Shown here one piece after another: positions 58,992-64,000 of a stretch of 64,000 nucleotides of DNA. This stretch comes from an uncultured Methanosarcinaceae archaeon (GTDB lineage Archaea; Halobacteriota; Methanosarcinia; Methanosarcinales; Methanosarcinaceae), in assembly GCA_963733675.1 (NCBI GenBank), contig CAVTET010000007.1:32001-96000 (forward strand). Direction: 5' to 3'. Numbering within the stretch: position 1 is the first letter of the stretch; the number at the start of each line of letters is the position of its first letter. The notes beneath the pieces are model-generated. The model worked only from the letters and a program-made list of their open reading frames with translations, had not been told where the DNA came from and searched no databases. Both the position numbers and the translations under genes were made by a program.

Positions 58992-60012
58992 CGATAATAA
59001 TAACAAAAAATACCAAAAAATGAGAACTCTAAATAGTAGCTCTACTAGGATATGAATTGATAGTAATTTCTGCATGTATTTTGGAATAAATTCCTATTTA
59101 ATAATTTTTTAATAGTTGTTGTCTTATAGAACTTCCGGTACAGTACTCAAGTCAATAGTATACATAACTTTTTTGTAAACTCTGCTCTATACCTTTGTTT
59201 CCACCACAAAAACAGTATTTATTGTTTCATTTATGCATAGTTTTAGTGATTAAATCTCTGGATTTCCTAAATGCCATCAATAGTAAGAAAACCTTATTGA
59301 TCTTTGACTCATGGAGCTTTTGGAACTCTTGGAGCTTATGGAACTCATAGAACATCTGGATCTCTTGGAACACTTGGAACTAATTAACCAGAACCACAAT
59401 TCTAAATAGAAATATTAGAAAAGAATGATAATAAAATACTCTAAACAAAATTAAAAACATGAATATATTAAATCAGGGACTCAATTTATCAACACCACAG
59501 TTTAACTCAATGCTTTTCTAACAAATTTCCCCATCTTGTTATTCTTACTAGAAAAAAATGTCTTAATAGGTTTTGCCATACTCCCTATATTTTTATATTT
59601 GGTTATGGCGTAGATCCCAAAATAAAATGTCTTAGCGTGATTATGTGTCTGAAAGTGAAAAAATGTCAAGGAATTCTTCGATGTATATTGTATCTTACCC
59701 ACAACTTATAAGATTTATTTTTTGATACATTATTGATGCTCATCAGGCTCAGTTATTCACTACTATTGTCTGATCATGGATCAAGATTTCATTTCTTTCT
59801 GATACCCTGCAAGATCAGGATCTTAAAGTTTAATAATGATAGCAATCTTTTAAATATTAACATGTCTCAAAATTAAATCAACTTTTACAATTGTATAATG
59901 TGTAAACTTGATTTTAAATGCAGATCGGAAATTATTCCAAAATGCATACAGGGATTGCTACCAACTCGCATTTTAGTAAAGTTACTCCATATACTTTATT
60001 GGAGAAAATAAA

Positions 60013-60714
60013 ATGAAACTTTTACTGATTGCTGACATTCACGCAAATTATGAAGCTCTCCAGACTGTTCTTGAAGTCCCTCACGATAGTGCTATCTGCC
60101 TTGGAGACATCGTAGATTACGGGCCGGATCCTGACAAATGTATTGATCTCTTGCGAGAAAAAGCAATCCCAACAATAAGGGGAAACCATGATAATGCTGC
60201 TGCTTTTAGGGTAGACTGTCAATGTGGATACAAGTATAAGCATCTATCAATTGCGACCAGGGAATACACATGGAAAATTCTTGACAAATTTAGAATAGAA
60301 TATTTGCAAAAACTCCCTCTCCTGATTGAAGAGCTAATCGATGGTAAAAGGTTTTATCTGACCCATGGAAGTCCTAGGTCTATGTTTGAATATATTAAAC
60401 CAGACACTCCGGATGAAGTAATTAGGGATATGGTAGATAAAGCAATGGAGACTATGGATGCAGATTTCCTGGCAATTGGACATTCACATATTCCTATGGA
60501 TAAAAAGCTAGGAAATCTTACAATTATAAACCCTGGTTCAGTAGGACAACCAAGAGACGGGAATCCCAGAGCAAGTTGCGTATTGTTTGATACAGAATAC
60601 GACAAAGCCGAATTTCTTCGACTTGATTACAATATCGATGCTGTCTGCACAAAAATTAAAGACAGAATGCCTCATGCAGATGAACTGATAGATATCCTCA
60701 GGCATGGGTATTAA
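60013..60714 (+). CDS. Metallophosphoesterase (calcineurin-like, YfcE-type)
   Basis: DIHAN, GDIVDYG, RGNHD, HGSP, GHSH, NPGSVGQPRD. Confidence 0.92.
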   Translation: MKLLLIADIHANYEALQTVLEVPHDSAICLGDIVDYGPDPDKCIDLLREKAIPTIRGNHDNAAAFRVDCQCGYKYKHLSIATREYTWKILDKFRIEYLQKLPLLIEELIDGKRFYLTHGSPRSMFEYIKPDTPDEVIRDMVDKAMETMDADFLAIGHSHIPMDKKLGNLTIINPGSVGQPRDGNPRASCVLFDTEYDKAEFLRLDYNIDAVCTKIKDRMPHADELIDILRHGY

Positions 60715-60746
60715 TAGTAAATAAATAGGTGTTAACTTCTTTTAGT

Positions 60747-60905
60747 TCATCGCAATTCCATCGGCACTCCGCAGCATTGTATATCGCCATTACAGCATAC
60801 GTCTGTAGAGCAGCAATTCTCTACGCATGCATTTGCTACTTCAAGTTCAAACCCGCATACTTCACAAAAAAGACGCTGATCTTGCATTAGCTCACTGCAA
60901 TTCAT
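60747..60905 (-). CDS. 52-aa Cys-rich desulforedoxin-like microprotein
   Basis: GAGGTGA RBS; MNCSELMQDQRLFCEVCGFELEVANACVENCCSTDVCCNGDIQCCGVPMELR. Confidence 0.75.
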   Translation of the reverse strand: MNCSELMQDQRLFCEVCGFELEVANACVENCCSTDVCCNGDIQCCGVPMELR

Positions 60906-61017
60906 CTTATGTCACCTCAGAGTGTTTTATATAAAATTAGGTAATTTATATTTAAATATTTTTCGAAACAATAATTCTTTGTTGCCTAAGTTATCTCATA
61001 ATGATCCCTACGTATTT

Positions 61018-61629
61018 TCAATCCAAACGTGCAATTCTTACAAGAAACTGAATCGGAACATTATAAATTGTATCTGCACCCTTTTTGTCGACCAGCGCCA
61101 CTACAACTCTTGGTTTTGCATCCATTTCTCTAAGCTGCTCAATCACTTCCACAATAGTTGAACCGGTGGTAATAACATCATCTACAATAACGCAGTTTTT
61201 ACCGGCAACGGATCCAAAATTTCTGCTTATGGTTCCTCTATGACATACCTTGACGATATCATGACCTTTACAATGATAAATCGCTAAATCTGCACCCAGT
61301 TCATATGCCACCATGCTTGCTAGGGGAATACCATTGGCAGCAACACCAACAACAACGTCGACTTCAGTATTTATTTTTTCCAAGGTCTCAAGCACCATGT
61401 CGCAGAGCACAAGTGAGATGTTGTGGAGACGTTTAGCACTTTTTCCTATATTGCTCCAGTTTACGGAAATATCTTTCGGAGCTAGGGATAATACTTCTTT
61501 TTTTGAACGGTTTAAAAGCCAGGTAACAGTTTCTCTTGAAACGTTGAGTTCATCTGCGATCTGACCGGTAATAAGCCCGTTACTTTGCAGTTCTACAGCT
61601 TTCTGTATTAAATCTTCTATATCCTTTAT
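61018..61629 (-). CDS. gfcR: Orotate phosphoribosyltransferase-like HTH regulator (GfcR), ATA at the expected start
   Basis: Frame open from (I)[18 protein letters not shown]...[13 protein letters not shown] through [10 protein letters not shown]. Confidence 0.85.
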   Translation of the reverse strand: MKDIEDLIQKAVELQSNGLITGQIADELNVSRETVTWLLNRSKKEVLSLAPKDISVNWSNIGKSAKRLHNISLVLCDMVLETLEKINTEVDVVVGVAANGIPLASMVAYELGADLAIYHCKGHDIVKVCHRGTISRNFGSVAGKNCVIVDDVITTGSTIVEVIEQLREMDAKPRVVVALVDKKGADTIYNVPIQFLVRIARLD

Positions 61630-62161
61630 GATTACATACCCACCTGAAATTTTTATCTGGCTTTATTTCCGGGGCTTCCAAATCAATGACAGTATTATAA
61701 TATCAAGCGTTATATCGCTTTCTTCTCCTAAGATTGAATTTTTTCTTTAGCATTTGCTACTGCTGCTGCTATTGATAATAAAAAACAGTTTTGGTGTAAA
61801 AAATAATATTTACGTAATTTGATACTATAATTCTTACCTTTGTTTACTAATTTTCCAGGAAATGAGATTGATTAACTTCCTAATTGTGAATGCCTATATT
61901 GATTTTGTAACAAAGCCAGATTTTCACATTACAATCCCAAATGAAGTTAATTCCCACGGAAAAAAGGTTCGAAGCTACCCCAGAGAAATGTAGTAGTTTT
62001 CTAAAAGTACTTTATTTTGCCTGTAATCGTCTAAAGTATACCGTTAACCGTAACGTTTAATTTGCTTGATTCTGAACCTCAAGTGCATAGATCCTAAGTT
62101 TGGATAGCTTAAAGTATCAAGTTATTGTCTTCTACTTCAACAGAATAAATCTTATGAAGAG

Positions 62162-63421
62162 ATGAAAGATTTAATGAAGACCACACAGATTGATTATGCC
62201 CGTGATGGGATACTTACTCATGAAATGAAACAAATCATGGAAACCGAAAATATTGATGAAAATATACTGCTTTCGAGAGTAGCTGAAGGAAGCCTAGTTA
62301 TAATGACAAGGAAAAGTTACTCTCCCATAGCTATAGGTAAAAGCAGCAGCACTAAGGTAAATGTTAACCTTGGTACATCTGCTGCAAAAATTGACCCTGA
62401 TGCTGAGATAGAAAAGGTAAAGGTTGCAGAGAAGTATGGAGCAGATACAATCACTGATCTTTCCATGGGTGGAGAGATTAAGTCAATCCGTGCAAGTATA
62501 TTAAAAAATTGTAGTCTACCTATTACCACGGTGCCAATTTATCAGGCCATTGTGGAGTGTGGTATGAAAGATATTACTGAAGATGATCTTTTATCGTATC
62601 TAAGGGCTCATGTAGATGCAGGTATGAGTTCTGTGGTGCTGCATTGTGTGGATAAGACGACCCTAGAAAAACTGAAGGGGGGGGGTAGGATAATGGGTAT
62701 GGTTTCGAAGGGTGGTTCTCTTACAAGTGTTTATATGCTTACAAATGGTTGTGAAAATCCATTCATAAAGAACTTTGAAGAGATTATCGAGATACTTAGA
62801 AAAAAGGATGTTGTTCTTTCCCTAGGAAATACTATGCGAAGTGGATGCGTTCATGATTTTAGGGACAGTGCCCAGATGATGGAAATTGAGACAAATGTCA
62901 GGCTTGCAAATCGAGCTAACGAAGAAGGTGTTCAGGTCATAATAGAAGGCATGGGTGGGCATATACAGGCAGCGGATATTCCTACTCAAGTTGAGCTGTA
63001 TAAATCAAGATCAAGTTCCCCTCTCTTCGTTGCAGGTCCCCTACCCACAGACATCGCCCTTGGATATGATCATATCGCAGGAGCAATAGGGGCTAGTATT
63101 GCAAGCGGTGCAGGAGCAGATTATTTGTGTTATATTACACCTGCAGAGCACCTTTCTCTGCCGAGTTCTCAGCAAGTAAGAGAAGGTTTAATTGCTTTTA
63201 AGATAGCTGCCCATATAGGTGATTCTGTGAAGTATGGAGTTAATTGCAGGGATCTGCTGCTTGCAAAGAAACGTGCACAAATTGACTGGAAAGGTCAAAT
63301 AGATCTTGCACTTGACCCTGACAAACCTAAGGAGATGTGTCCCACAATTGGTCCATGTTCGATGTGTGGTGAATATTGTGCCATAAAAATTATGGGAGAT
63401 TATAGTCAACGTACTGGATAA
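62162..63421 (+). CDS. thiC: Phosphomethylpyrimidine synthase ThiC family (radical SAM)
   Basis: KVNVNLGTS, DLSMGG, TVPIYQA, YDHI, TPAEHL, CSMCGEYC. Confidence 0.92.
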   Translation: MKDLMKTTQIDYARDGILTHEMKQIMETENIDENILLSRVAEGSLVIMTRKSYSPIAIGKSSSTKVNVNLGTSAAKIDPDAEIEKVKVAEKYGADTITDLSMGGEIKSIRASILKNCSLPITTVPIYQAIVECGMKDITEDDLLSYLRAHVDAGMSSVVLHCVDKTTLEKLKGGGRIMGMVSKGGSLTSVYMLTNGCENPFIKNFEEIIEILRKKDVVLSLGNTMRSGCVHDFRDSAQMMEIETNVRLANRANEEGVQVIIEGMGGHIQAADIPTQVELYKSRSSSPLFVAGPLPTDIALGYDHIAGAIGASIASGAGADYLCYITPAEHLSLPSSQQVREGLIAFKIAAHIGDSVKYGVNCRDLLLAKKRAQIDWKGQIDLALDPDKPKEMCPTIGPCSMCGEYCAIKIMGDYSQRTG

Positions 63422-63772
63422 GAGCCTATTCAAAACTAGAAAAATGAATTAACTAATCAAATATGAATTGCATGCTCAGTAAATACTAAAAAATAATTAT
63501 ATGATATATAAATATATTTGGCATGTATTAATACTGGTTAAATATAGAATTGATTAATTAGTTTATGAAGTCTGGTTAATTTGTCAGAAATTGGATAATG
63601 TGTCTGAAATGATAGAAATATAAAAGCCAACGCCAGGACTTATATTATCACCTGTCACAACGTCGTTACTTGCGCTACTTTTACCATTGTTGTGGATTGC
63701 ACTAACCTTTGTTGCTACCAACGAAGCTGCAATGACAGCCACTGACAAAAGATCTGTTTTAGAGTTTTATTT

Positions 63773-63803
63773 ATACATAGTTTTTGTAGCAAAATCTATG
63801 CAT
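63773..63803. other. 31-bp palindromic recombination-like site
   Basis: ATACATAGTTTT-TGTAGCA-AAATCTATGCAT. Confidence 0.6.
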
Positions 63804-64000
63804 TTTCTTATTTTTAAGCCAAAATTATAGGACATTTTTACCTGATTGTGCAGAAAAAGCATAGTTTTTATTAAAATACATGTTCGTTTAGAAAATAAAA
63901 AATGCTTTTTTCGCTTTTCGCCGAGTCAATAAATCCATACAAAGTGAGTTCGAAGTCTAGAAAAGAGTACAGTTTTCATCTAAAGAGCAGCGCTATCGTT

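Noticed and set aside
61850-62100. TPP or cobalamin riboswitch, or tRNA fragment, upstream of thiC
   Set aside because: Only a short inverted repeat and GGTTCGAA were seen; the core consensus motifs could not be found by eye.

Overview
AT-rich archaeal DNA, most consistent with a Methanosarcina-like methanogen (inferred from the gene families: Orc1/Cdc6, GfcR-like, ThiC, PKD/TPR surface proteins, IS6). Housekeeping-type genes occur only at the edges: an ABC transporter running off the left end, and metallophosphoesterase, gfcR and thiC at about 60-63.4 kb. Between them lies a roughly 58 kb mosaic, partly decayed accessory island. It contains: (i) a 12.0 kb element bounded by about 310 bp terminal inverted repeats (4813-16813), encoding a regulator pair, an iteron cluster, a UvrD-like helicase, a PriS/PriL-fusion-like primase and a TerS-like protein, with no integrase or transposase; (ii) 3-4 copies of a module made of a covarying hairpin, a conserved leader, a TerS-like gene and a convergent DNA-binding/coiled-coil '...PWWRFW' gene, each of the latter carrying its own short-repeat array; (iii) at least 12 copies of a 31-bp palindrome (ATGCATAGGTTT-N7-AAAYCTATGCAT) resembling a tyrosine-recombinase site, which brackets cargo such as vapBC and cdc6 plus a candidate origin; (iv) a family of small secreted Gly/Trp- or His/Asp-rich peptides sharing one signal peptide; (v) IS6 elements, IS6-derived MITEs and a probable composite transposon; (vi) stress cargo (katG, a fluoride riboswitch with crcB, TA pairs) and many pseudogenes. 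All calls come from reading the sequence; no searches were run.
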